The notes beneath the pieces are model-generated. The model was not told where the DNA came from, searched no databases, and worked only from the letters and a program-made list of their open reading frames with translations. The position numbers and the translations under genes are program-made. DNA of 64,000 bases. Origin: Patescibacteria group bacterium. Its GTDB lineage: Bacteria > Patescibacteriota > Microgenomatia > PFEM01 > JAHIFH01. The DNA is taken from positions 47,956 through 111,955 of the forward strand of contig DATKWU010000018.1 in NCBI GenBank assembly GCA_035529375.1. The letters are read 5' to 3'. The stretch's first letter is position 1. Each line of letters starts with the position of its first letter. Positions 38,368 through 47,577 of this stretch are shown here, in pieces.

Positions 38368-40443
38368 ATGAACAAGACAATTTCCCTTTTGCTTAATCGA
38401 ATTATTGAATCAAGTTTTTATCTTCTTTTTTTCCTGGTTCCTTTGATCCTGACTCCCTGGAACTACGAGCTTTTTGAGTTTAATAAAATGATCCTCGCCT
38501 ATCTCCTAACAGTCGTTATTATTGCTGCCTGGATTGTTAAAATGATTACTGAGAAAAAGATTATCTTTCGTCGGACTATCCTTGACCTTCCTTTAATCCT
38601 TTTTCTTGGTTCCCAAATTATGGCTACTATTTATAGTATTGATCGTCATACTTCCCTTTGGGGTTATTACAGCCGCTTCAATGGCGGTCTTTTCCCCACC
38701 ATCAGCTATCTTCTTCTTTACTGGGCCTATGTCAGTAACTTTAATAAAGAAAAAACCCTGACCACCATTCGCTTTACTCTAGCTTCCACTATCCTCGTCT
38801 CTCTTTATGGCCTTGCTGAACATTTTGGTATTGATGCTCAATATTGGGTCCAAGAAGTTCAAATCAGAGTTTTCTCCACTTTTGGCCAGCCTAATTGGTT
38901 AGCCGCCTGGCTAGTGGCACTCTTACCCCTCACCTGGGCAATGATTCTTCTAAAAAAACAATTAATCTTCAAAAAATTTTCTTTTCCTTATTTTGGTTAT
39001 GTCTTAACTACCATCTTTTTCCTTTGTCTTCTTTACACCAAATCCCGCTCTGGCTTGATTGGTTTGGCAGTGGCCTATCTGGTTTTCTGGGGTTTAACTG
39101 GTTTTCTTAACCGTCAAAAGATAAAAGCATTAACTAAACCCTTTATCAGCCTTTCTCTTCTTCTCCTAGTTCTAACCTTCCTGACCGGCACTCCCTGGAC
39201 CCCTCATCTTGGTCAAATCAAAGAAAAAATAAAAGGAACAACTCAAGAAGCAATCATCTCGGCCGAAGCCCAACAACCAGGCTTGCTTATTAGTGAATCT
39301 GGTGATATCCGCAAAATTGTTTGGCAGGGCGCCCTGGAAATCTGGAAAAACCACCCGATTTTAGGCACCGGCGTTGAAACCTTTGGTTACGCTTATTATT
39401 GGTACCGCCCCCGAGCCCATAATGATGTTTCGGAATGGGATTTACTCTACAACAAAGCCCATAATGAATACCTAACTCTTTTAGCCAACACCGGCTTAAT
39501 TGGTCTCTCTACCTACCTAATCTTAATCGGCACTTTTCTTTTCTGGTCTCTCAAACAAATCATCATTCACTTAAAAAAAGCCAAAGAAACCACTCTCTTA
39601 GTGACGGCTCTCCTCGCTGGTTATATCAGTATCCTCATCACCAACTTTTTTGGCTTTTCGGTAGTCCCGATTAGTCTCCTTTTCTTTCTTATTCCGGCCA
39701 TAGCTATCACTCTCGTCAGTCAGTCAGAAAAAGAACCAAAGCCTAAAAAACAAATTATAGAAAGCAAACAATGGGCCGTGATTATCCTCATCTCTCTTCT
39801 CTCTCTAGGAGCCATCATTTATCTCATCAAATTCTGGTATGCTGATACCCGCTTTGCTTTGGCGGAAAAACTTAATGAGGGAGCTAAATATGATCAGGCC
39901 TATAATGAATTGAAAACCGCTATCAGCCTTCATCCCAGTGAACCCTATTACCGCGCCGAAATGGCTCTCTCTCTGGCTGGTCTAGCCGAATTAGCCCAAG
40001 AAGCGGATGACGCCTCGCTTTCCGCCCAACTAGTTGATTTAGCTATTGCTGAATCAGACCAGGCTTTAAAAACCAGTCCCTATCACCTTAACTTCTGGAA
40101 AAAACGGGCCAAGATGTTTATTAGTCTGGCCTTAGCCAATCCTCACTATGAACAGGCAGCCCTTGAAACTCTCCTCAAAGCCACGGACCTCGCTCCAACT
40201 GATGCCAAAATTCAATACAATCTAGCTCTCCTTTATTCTCATCTTGGTCAAAAAGAAACCGCCATTAAAACCCTGGAACACACCATCGAATTAAAACCCA
40301 ACTACGCTGACGTCCGCTACGCCTTAGCTCTTTTTTATGAAGAAAATAAGCAAAGAGAAGAAGCGAGAAAACAATTAAACTATATTCTGGAAAAGATTAA
40401 TCCGGCAGATACCCGAGCCAGCGACAAACTCAAAACCCTTTGA
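38368..40443 (+). CDS. O-antigen ligase-like (Wzy_C) polytopic membrane protein with C-terminal TPR repeats
   Basis: AHNEYLTLLANTGLIGL motif, ~10 TM helices and C-terminal TPR-like repeats. 4-nt overlap with the downstream radical SAM gene. Confidence 0.7.
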   Translation: MNKTISLLLNRIIESSFYLLFFLVPLILTPWNYELFEFNKMILAYLLTVVIIAAWIVKMITEKKIIFRRTILDLPLILFLGSQIMATIYSIDRHTSLWGYYSRFNGGLFPTISYLLLYWAYVSNFNKEKTLTTIRFTLASTILVSLYGLAEHFGIDAQYWVQEVQIRVFSTFGQPNWLAAWLVALLPLTWAMILLKKQLIFKKFSFPYFGYVLTTIFFLCLLYTKSRSGLIGLAVAYLVFWGLTGFLNRQKIKALTKPFISLSLLLLVLTFLTGTPWTPHLGQIKEKIKGTTQEAIISAEAQQPGLLISESGDIRKIVWQGALEIWKNHPILGTGVETFGYAYYWYRPRAHNDVSEWDLLYNKAHNEYLTLLANTGLIGLSTYLILIGTFLFWSLKQIIIHLKKAKETTLLVTALLAGYISILITNFFGFSVVPISLLFFLIPAIAITLVSQSEKEPKPKKQIIESKQWAVIILISLLSLGAIIYLIKFWYADTRFALAEKLNEGAKYDQAYNELKTAISLHPSEPYYRAEMALSLAGLAELAQEADDASLSAQLVDLAIAESDQALKTSPYHLNFWKKRAKMFISLALANPHYEQAALETLLKATDLAPTDAKIQYNLALLYSHLGQKETAIKTLEHTIELKPNYADVRYALALFYEENKQREEARKQLNYILEKINPADTRASDKLKTL

Positions 40444-42788
40444 TGAAAAAAACCCTGCTCGCCAAAACATTAAAGAATAAAAAAGTTGCCTGTTTTACCT
40501 GCCAACGCCGATGCCAAATCTCACCAGACCAATGGGGTTTTTGTCAAACTAGGATTAATAAAAACGGAACCCTCAAATCAGTCATCTATGGCGTCGTTTC
40601 TTCAGTTAACCTTGATCCGATTGAAAAAAAGCCAGTCTTTCATTATAAACCAGGCTCAAATTGTCTTTCTCTTGGGACTTATGGTTGTAATTTCAAATGT
40701 GCTTTTTGTTTTCTTCCTGACACAAATATTGCTACAGAAAAAGGTATTTATAACCTTAAAAAACTTTTTGAACTTAATAAAAAACCGCGTGTTTATAGTC
40801 ATACCGGAAAACTAAGAAAAATTAATAAAGTTTTTCGTCACCGATATGATGGAAAAATTATAACAATAAAACCTTATTACGCCCCTCAAATAGAATGTAC
40901 TCCTTCACACGAATTTTTCGTCACAACTAATTCTCAAGATAATAAAATTCAAAAAATAAAAGCTAAAGATTTAACTAAAAAGCATTATCTGCTAATTCCT
41001 AAAAATTATCCTTTTTCAAAACTGTCCACTTTTGATCTTAACAAGGTTCTTTACTCTTCAATAGGAGAATATAGAAAATCAAGAAAGACTTCATACAACG
41101 ATATCTTAAAAATTCTCGAATTAAGTCAAAATGGAACCACATCTAGAATTATAGGAGATACTTTTAATCTCCATCCCGCGTATGTTAGAACTTTACGTTC
41201 ACGATTGAAAAATAAGAAAATCATTCAGAAAGAGATTGTTTTTGGAAAAAACCTCCTAATAGAAAAAAATGGAGGAATTAAATTTAAGACTGAAAAACAA
41301 CCATCACTTCCTCGTTTTATTGCTCTTGACAAGAATCTTGCTAAACTTCTGGGTTATTATTGCGCAGAAGGATGGGTAGTAAAAAATAAATCACGTCCTA
41401 ATTCATTTCAAATAAGTTTTGCTTTCTCAAAAAAAGAAAGACATTATGCTGAAGAGGTAAAGAAGTTAATTGTAACCATTTTCGGGATCAATCCAAAAAT
41501 CGTGACGCGAGAAACGACAGTCACGGTAGAAATCGGTAAGTCAAGTTTAGCTCTTTTCTTCAAAAATCTTTGTGGTTCGACAGCCTTGAAAAAAAGAGTC
41601 CCAGCAGAAATTAATCAATCCCCAAGAGAAATTATTCAACAATTCCTAGAAGGATATATTAATGGCGATGGTTGGCGAAAACCTGACGAAATAGCAATTA
41701 ATACTGTCTCTCCTACGCTCGCTATTGGAATATATTGGCTGGTCTTAAAACTAGGCTTTTTACCACGATTTTATAAGTGGGAACCATCCATTACTAAAAA
41801 AATCGGTACAAGATTAGTCAAACAATCAACTCTCTATTACGTCAAATGGAAAATTAAAAAACCAACTACTCCTAAAGCTAAAGCTTCGACCAAATATATA
41901 GAAAAAAATGGTTACTATTTCATACCAATAAATAAAATCAATAAAAGAAAGTATCGCGGAGAAGTTTTTAATCTTGAAATTGAAAAAGATCATTCGTATT
42001 TAGCAAACTTTATTGGTGTAGGAAATTGCCAAAATTGGGATATTAGCCATACCAACGGGGCTTCGATTAACCTTGACAACCAAAAACTTCTTTCTCCAAA
42101 AGAAGCTATTAAAATGGCGAAAAAATCAGGCGCTGAAGGAATTGCCTGGACCTACAACGAACCGGCTATCTGGCTAGAATACTCTCTAGATGGCGCCAAA
42201 CTCGCCCAAAAAGAGAAGATTTACACTTGTTGGGTGACTAATGGCTATGCCACTAAAGAAGCGATTGATAAAATTGCTCCCTATCTCAACATTTACCGAG
42301 TTGACCTGAAAAGTTTTGATAATAAGCTCTACAAAAAATTAATTGGTGTCCCCCAAGCCAAAGGGGTTTTCGAAGTCACCAAATACGTTCATAATCAATA
42401 TCCCGAGATTCATCTTGAATGCGTGACCAACATTATCCCCACCTGGAATGATTCAGAAAATAATCTCAAGAAAATAGCTCACTGGATTGTTAAAAACCTG
42501 GGCAAAAAAACTCCCTGGCACGTCACCCGATTCTTTCCCTACGCTGACCTGACCAATGTCCCCCCTACGCCACCAGAAACTCTGCTCAAAGCCAGAAAAA
42601 TAGGGATGAAAGAAGGTTTAGAATTTGTCTATATTGGTAACCTACCAGTTGATGAAGAAGACGATACCTTTTGTCCTAAGTGTCATAACTTAGCCATTAG
42701 AAGAACTGGCTACCGAACCGAAATCCTAGCCGTTGATAAAGACGGTCACTGTTCTGACTGTGGTGAAGATTTGAATATCAGAATGTGA
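40440..42788 (+). CDS. Radical SAM enzyme of the AmmeMemoRadiSam-system type (PFL-activating-enzyme-like) containing a 440-aa intein
   Basis: N-extein ends GCNFKCAF and the C-extein starts CQNWDISH. This rebuilds CNFKCAFCQNW (CxxxCxxC-QNW) with a spliced length of ~342 aa. A C-terminal Cys pair is also present. Confidence 0.75.
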   Translation: MMKKTLLAKTLKNKKVACFTCQRRCQISPDQWGFCQTRINKNGTLKSVIYGVVSSVNLDPIEKKPVFHYKPGSNCLSLGTYGCNFKCAFCFLPDTNIATEKGIYNLKKLFELNKKPRVYSHTGKLRKINKVFRHRYDGKIITIKPYYAPQIECTPSHEFFVTTNSQDNKIQKIKAKDLTKKHYLLIPKNYPFSKLSTFDLNKVLYSSIGEYRKSRKTSYNDILKILELSQNGTTSRIIGDTFNLHPAYVRTLRSRLKNKKIIQKEIVFGKNLLIEKNGGIKFKTEKQPSLPRFIALDKNLAKLLGYYCAEGWVVKNKSRPNSFQISFAFSKKERHYAEEVKKLIVTIFGINPKIVTRETTVTVEIGKSSLALFFKNLCGSTALKKRVPAEINQSPREIIQQFLEGYINGDGWRKPDEIAINTVSPTLAIGIYWLVLKLGFLPRFYKWEPSITKKIGTRLVKQSTLYYVKWKIKKPTTPKAKASTKYIEKNGYYFIPINKINKRKYRGEVFNLEIEKDHSYLANFIGVGNCQNWDISHTNGASINLDNQKLLSPKEAIKMAKKSGAEGIAWTYNEPAIWLEYSLDGAKLAQKEKIYTCWVTNGYATKEAIDKIAPYLNIYRVDLKSFDNKLYKKLIGVPQAKGVFEVTKYVHNQYPEIHLECVTNIIPTWNDSENNLKKIAHWIVKNLGKKTPWHVTRFFPYADLTNVPPTPPETLLKARKIGMKEGLEFVYIGNLPVDEEDDTFCPKCHNLAIRRTGYRTEILAVDKDGHCSDCGEDLNIRM
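40707..42026 (+). mobile_element. Intein with LAGLIDADG homing endonuclease domain
   Basis: Block A CFLPDTNIATEKG, block B TPSHEF, LAGLIDADG-like motifs (LLGYYCAEGW, FLEGYINGDGW) and block G VFNLEIEKDHSYLANFIGVGN followed by a +1 Cys. Confidence 0.7.
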
Positions 42789-42792
42789 TTAG

Positions 42793-43563
42793 TCAGTAGA
42801 AAAAACCTAAGACAAAAACAAACAAAAGAATCCCTAAAATAAGGCCAACAATAATTAAATCACTCTTACCTTTTTTATTTTTCTGCCACTGCCAGAAACT
42901 ATAAATCAAAACAAGGCTGATTAAAACCAAAACTGGCAAAAGAATTTCCCGCAAACCCCGAACCAAACTAAAAAAATTCTTGATTTTAATTTGCGACTCT
43001 AATTCAGTCAAACTCTCAACTGGCTCCTGATTTAAAAAATCAGTCATTTCCTCTTTAAGATTATCTAGATAAAGCTGATCAACTACCAGGGTTTTACCTT
43101 GGTGATTTAAGGTTAAATCCCAATCTTTGTTTCCTTGGCTTAAATTCTGATCAACTAAACCCTCTATCCTTCCCACCCAATCAGGCGAGAAAAAGGCAAT
43201 TGGTCTACCAAAAAACTCTCTCATTGGATACCAGTGTTCTGGGCAAAAAGAATCTTGATAAAGATGAGCCGCCGCCCCTAAAAGATTAATATCTTTCTCT
43301 CCCTCAAAATAATATTTCTTTAAATAGTACTTCGCCATCAAGCGAGGTGGACAATCTGGTTTGTTATCCAAACATAAATGATTAACTTCTCCCAAAGGAT
43401 AAGTTTCTTTAAAATGAACATCATCAGCGATATTACAATTGAGCCCAGTCATGGGCGGACAAAGATAAGCATGAGTCCCTCCTGCCCAGGCAAACACCGA
43501 AGCAGGCAAAAGAAAAGCCAAACCAAACAAAAAAGAAACAAAAAAAACTATTTTCAATTTCAT
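42793..43563 (-). CDS. Membrane-anchored zinc-dependent hydrolase-like protein (S1/P1 nuclease or phospholipase C fold candidate)
   Basis: Signal peptide, N-terminal WAGGTH (compare W-G-x-x-G-H), AAAHLYQDSFCPEHW His/Asp cluster and a C-terminal TM anchor. Confidence 0.35.
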   Translation of the reverse strand: MKLKIVFFVSFLFGLAFLLPASVFAWAGGTHAYLCPPMTGLNCNIADDVHFKETYPLGEVNHLCLDNKPDCPPRLMAKYYLKKYYFEGEKDINLLGAAAHLYQDSFCPEHWYPMREFFGRPIAFFSPDWVGRIEGLVDQNLSQGNKDWDLTLNHQGKTLVVDQLYLDNLKEEMTDFLNQEPVESLTELESQIKIKNFFSLVRGLREILLPVLVLISLVLIYSFWQWQKNKKGKSDLIIVGLILGILLFVFVLGFFY

Positions 43564-43577
43564 TTTTAATTAACTAT

Positions 43578-45572
43578 TCAATCTCCCATGGAGCAGTCTT
43601 GGGAGCAACTTTCCTTTGTCTCACCTAAATTCGGTTCACAAAAAGTATTGCCGCAAACCTCCTGACTTCCCGATGGTGAAGATTCTTCTAAAGGAAATCC
43701 CGAAGGGATTTTACTATTTTCTCGAAAATCTTTTAAACCAAAAAACAAAGCTAAAATTAAAAATAAACCAGTCAAAACCGCCAAAGGAATAATGACTTTT
43801 TTACTAATTTTCAAACGACTTTCCTCTGGTTTCCTTAAAAGATTAAACCGAACCAAAGCAAAATAAAAACCCAAAGCCAAAAGGGAAACTAAAGTACCGA
43901 GACCAAAAAAGATGGCCAGGGAAGGTAGTTTATTTTCTTTACCTTCTCTGATATTCGAGTCGACGTCTAACATTGCCCCCTCTGGCTCTGGTTCAATAAT
44001 TTCCTCGCAAGGAAAAACCTTGCCTTCATCCTTGCTAAAACTTTCGAAAAAGTAAACGGAACCGCCTGTCCCCACAGCAATGTATTTGCCGTTACCAGAA
44101 ATATCAATTTCTTCAACATACTCATCAAAACTAACCTCTTTTTTTTCTTGACTATCCTTGAAAAGAAGATGAAGTTTGTTGTCTGTACCGCCAGTGGCTA
44201 GAAAACTACCATCATCAGCAATATCAACCCCACCTAAGGCTGCCTGAACCTGCCAAGAAGCGACCGGCTGATTCGAGTCTTTGGCAAAGATATAGGCGTT
44301 ACCCGCAAAAGTAGTTGCCCCAATATATTCACCACTAGGCGTAAAATTAAGGGCTCTCACCGAACTACCACCGGGCACCGGAAATTGCCAAAGAGGTTTG
44401 GTTGAGTCCTTGGAAAAAAGAAAAACCGCTCCCCGATCTGATTCCGTCCCAAAAGCGACCAACTGACCATCACTGGAAATTTTGGCCCGATGAACCGGTG
44501 AATCCCGAGTCAACATCTCTGATTTCATGATTGGTACATTAGATTCCTTGGAAAAAATATAAGCCCTCCGATCAGGACAGCCCGTGGCTCCAGCAATAAA
44601 ACTACCGTCAGCAGACAAAGAAACATCATGGAAATTACCCGAACTGTGGTATTGCCATAAAGGTTTCTCGCTCTTGTAATCCCAGAGAATTAAAAGATTA
44701 GAATTGAGATTAGCTTCTTCGCCGACAGTTGCCGCCGCCATGTAGCGACCATCCTTAGAAATGGCCACATTATAAGTGTTGCCTATTTGAGCTTGCCAAA
44801 GAGGATTATTACTGGTTTTGTCAAAAAAAAGAACCGAATCACCAATCCCAGCAATTATTCTTGAGCCATCACCAGAGATATCAATCCCGCCTTTGACATC
44901 ACCACCGACTTCACCACCGGTTTGTTCATAAGACCAAATTGGCGCCTTAGGAAAAGCCAGATCAAAAAGATAAATATGGTGGGAAGTTTTAGCGGCTAAA
45001 TACTTGCCGTCATCAGAGAGGGCCACCCCACCGACCCATTCTTTACCGGTTGGATAGCTTAGAACCCTTTCTCCGGTTTGTTGATTAATGACGGCAATTT
45101 CATTCTGATCAAAAGCACTCTCAAACAGAACTGGGCCGTTATCCGGCGAATCAATAATCGAATCCCTAGCCTTACCTAGCCCATTAGAAGCTTCGAAGTA
45201 ATAGAAGTTAGAGCCTAATTTCTTAGGCACAAACTGATAAATATATTTGACTCCTTTTTGGTAATCATTATCTTCAGGATTCTCTTTCTCAATATCAATC
45301 ATCTGACCATTAAAGTAAATTTGAATATATTGAGGCGGCCGACCTTCTTTATCCCGATAAACCACGGAATAGGTGTAACGCTGACAAACCGGTCCCCAAC
45401 TCGGATAAACATGACCATTTAAAAGTTCAGGATCATTAGGGGTAGTCGCTAACTTAGGAATCATCCCTCCAGAAGGAGCATTCATCTTTTCTTCAGCCAA
45501 AGAAAAAGAAGCCAAACAGAAAAAGAAGAGAAAGAGAAAAACAAAAGGCAGCCACTTTTTCATTAACTCCAT
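43578..45572 (-). CDS. Secreted beta-propeller (WD40/PD40-like repeat) protein with C-terminal TM segments
   Basis: Repeated DGS(F/Y)(L/I)A..T....(L/I)(F/L) units, an N-terminal signal and two C-terminal TM helices plus a Cys-rich tail. Confidence 0.5.
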   Translation of the reverse strand: MELMKKWLPFVFLFLFFFCLASFSLAEEKMNAPSGGMIPKLATTPNDPELLNGHVYPSWGPVCQRYTYSVVYRDKEGRPPQYIQIYFNGQMIDIEKENPEDNDYQKGVKYIYQFVPKKLGSNFYYFEASNGLGKARDSIIDSPDNGPVLFESAFDQNEIAVINQQTGERVLSYPTGKEWVGGVALSDDGKYLAAKTSHHIYLFDLAFPKAPIWSYEQTGGEVGGDVKGGIDISGDGSRIIAGIGDSVLFFDKTSNNPLWQAQIGNTYNVAISKDGRYMAAATVGEEANLNSNLLILWDYKSEKPLWQYHSSGNFHDVSLSADGSFIAGATGCPDRRAYIFSKESNVPIMKSEMLTRDSPVHRAKISSDGQLVAFGTESDRGAVFLFSKDSTKPLWQFPVPGGSSVRALNFTPSGEYIGATTFAGNAYIFAKDSNQPVASWQVQAALGGVDIADDGSFLATGGTDNKLHLLFKDSQEKKEVSFDEYVEEIDISGNGKYIAVGTGGSVYFFESFSKDEGKVFPCEEIIEPEPEGAMLDVDSNIREGKENKLPSLAIFFGLGTLVSLLALGFYFALVRFNLLRKPEESRLKISKKVIIPLAVLTGLFLILALFFGLKDFRENSKIPSGFPLEESSPSGSQEVCGNTFCEPNLGETKESCSQDCSMGD

Positions 45573-45592
45573 TATTGATTTTTAGAAAATAA

Positions 45593-45613
45593 GTGTCAAT
45601 CCTTGCTTGACAC
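45593..45613. promoter_or_regulatory. Perfect 7-bp-arm palindrome GTGTCAA-n7-TTGACAC overlapping candidate -35 boxes of divergent genes
   Basis: Seen in sequence between the 43578..45572 (-) and 45706..46575 (+) genes. Confidence 0.3.
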
Positions 45614-45705
45614 TAGATTTCAAAAAAGAATAAAGTCAAAATATAATGTCGTAGTTAAGAAAAAGATAAAGAAGAATCTCTAAAATATCTATTCATTAAT
45701 AAATA

Positions 45706-46575
45706 ATGGAAAAAGTCATTACCCCTTCAGTTCTTTTTGGCCTCTTAGCCATGTTTGGCTGGGGCACGGGCAGTTTTGTAGTCGCCTCTTTAACTAAAAA
45801 GTTTGGCGTTTTTAAAGTCGGTTTTTTAATCCAAATCCTAGCTTTTTTTCCTACCCTTCTCCTCCTCCCAATCATTAAAGAAGAATTAATTCTTAATCAA
45901 ACTTGGTTTTACCTTAGTTTAATTGCTCTGATTGGCAGTCTCGCTTATATCTCCATTCTCAAGAGTTACGAACAAGGGATTATTTCCATTGTTGTCCCCT
46001 TAAGTTCTGTTTGGGCCATTATTACAGCCATCCTCAGTTTTATCTTTTTAAAAGAAAGCGTAGTTCCCATTAAAATAATCGGCATGAGTATTGCCATTAT
46101 TGGCATTATTCTCATTTCCACTGACTTTAGAAAAGTCCTTAAAGAAAAAAAGATTAAAATTTATAAAGGGGTTAAATGGGCCAGTCTAGCCGCTCTGGCC
46201 TGGGGAGTGGAAATGTTTCTCCTCGCTTTTTTCTCAAGAAAATTAGGCTGGTACACAGCCAATCTTGGTCTCCGATTCTGGAACCTGGTTATCTTTTTCC
46301 TCTTAGCTGTTTTAATTAAACAAAAAATTCCTCTTCTCTTTAAAAAAATCCCTAGATTAATCTGGCTGGCTATTTTAATTGATGTTTTTACTCTCACCAC
46401 CTATAACCTAGGCTTAGTTAGAGGTGAACCAGGTGTGGTTTCAGTGATTGCCAGCACCAGCCCTCTAATCACGATTATTCTCGCCACCCTTTTCTTCAAA
46501 GAAAAAATAGAACTAATCCAAAAAATAGGCATCTTCTTGATTCTCGCTGGTATTGCTAGTTTGTCTTTGGTTTAG
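45706..46575 (+). CDS. DMT superfamily (EamA-like) transporter
   Basis: 289 aa, ~10 TM helices in two EamA-like halves. Confidence 0.65.
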   Translation: MEKVITPSVLFGLLAMFGWGTGSFVVASLTKKFGVFKVGFLIQILAFFPTLLLLPIIKEELILNQTWFYLSLIALIGSLAYISILKSYEQGIISIVVPLSSVWAIITAILSFIFLKESVVPIKIIGMSIAIIGIILISTDFRKVLKEKKIKIYKGVKWASLAALAWGVEMFLLAFFSRKLGWYTANLGLRFWNLVIFFLLAVLIKQKIPLLFKKIPRLIWLAILIDVFTLTTYNLGLVRGEPGVVSVIASTSPLITIILATLFFKEKIELIQKIGIFLILAGIASLSLV

Positions 46576-46623
46576 AAGTTAAAATAAGAGTTTTAATTGA
46601 GTTAATAAATTACCTATAATCAG

Positions 46624-47151
46624 TTGGTTATGAACGAAAGTCAGGAATTAAATATTCAAATAGTCAGAGATCTTCAAGAAGTAATTAGAGAGGGTGGTTT
46701 AATTGACAAAACTGTTTCTGAAGAAGAAGCAAGAGAATTCCTGCCTCAACTTCTTCTTACTGGAGAACAAATGGGAATTTCGGCACCTGAATTAGGCTCA
46801 GCCATGCAAATAACCGAGGCTGGTATTTTAAAGATTGATGAAGCTAGAATCCAAGCCAATCATCCCCAATTCCAAGGGGTAATCAAAATTTCAGGTGAAT
46901 TTTACAATATTAGAGGAACACCAAAAGGTATTCTTGCTCAAAGAAATCTTAAAGTAGAAACAGAAGGAACTGGAGTTAAAGCAGCTTTGGTCAAAAGCAT
47001 GGTAAAAATAAAATTGGCTGAACCTCACAAAACAATTGTCACCACACTAAGAGAACAGGCAAGAAAGCAAAACCATGAATTAAAACAATTTGGAATTTGG
47101 ATTCAGGGTGGTGAAGAGAAAAGCCTCAGAATTCTTCTTGAAGTTACTTAA
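46624..47151 (+). CDS. Hypothetical protein
   Basis: 175-aa ORF with no motifs. Confidence 0.35.
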   Translation: MVMNESQELNIQIVRDLQEVIREGGLIDKTVSEEEAREFLPQLLLTGEQMGISAPELGSAMQITEAGILKIDEARIQANHPQFQGVIKISGEFYNIRGTPKGILAQRNLKVETEGTGVKAALVKSMVKIKLAEPHKTIVTTLREQARKQNHELKQFGIWIQGGEEKSLRILLEVT

Positions 47152-47160
47152 TCAAAAAAC

Positions 47161-47520
47161 TCAAATTTTTGGATCCTCATGGCCAAAGATATCACGATAT
47201 TTATCATCCAGGTCTCTTGACCAACCAAAACTTGATCTAGCTACTTCTGGCGAATCCGCTCCCGAAGTAATTCTCTTCCCTCCCACCTTTTCCATTTCTG
47301 CAACAAATTTTTTGGCTCCTTTTTCACTAGCAGCTGCAACAGAAAACACATCACCTCCAGGAATAATTTCACCTTCATTAACCACTACTCTCGAATCATC
47401 ACCTTCACCAGCTGTATAAAACAAAAGTCTATCTCCTTGCGCTAAAGCCATACCTGGTTCTCCGCCTGCAGCAATATTTTTAATTACTTCTGGTGGTTCG
47501 GGAATTTCTCCTTCTTTCAT
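47161..47520 (-). CDS. Hypothetical protein
   Basis: 119-aa ORF with no motifs. Confidence 0.3.
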   Translation of the reverse strand: MKEGEIPEPPEVIKNIAAGGEPGMALAQGDRLLFYTAGEGDDSRVVVNEGEIIPGGDVFSVAAASEKGAKKFVAEMEKVGGKRITSGADSPEVARSSFGWSRDLDDKYRDIFGHEDPKI

Positions 47521-47577
47521 ACTTCAATTACAACTCCTTTAAATTGAAGACGAGTCTAACAAACCAAAATGAAAAAA

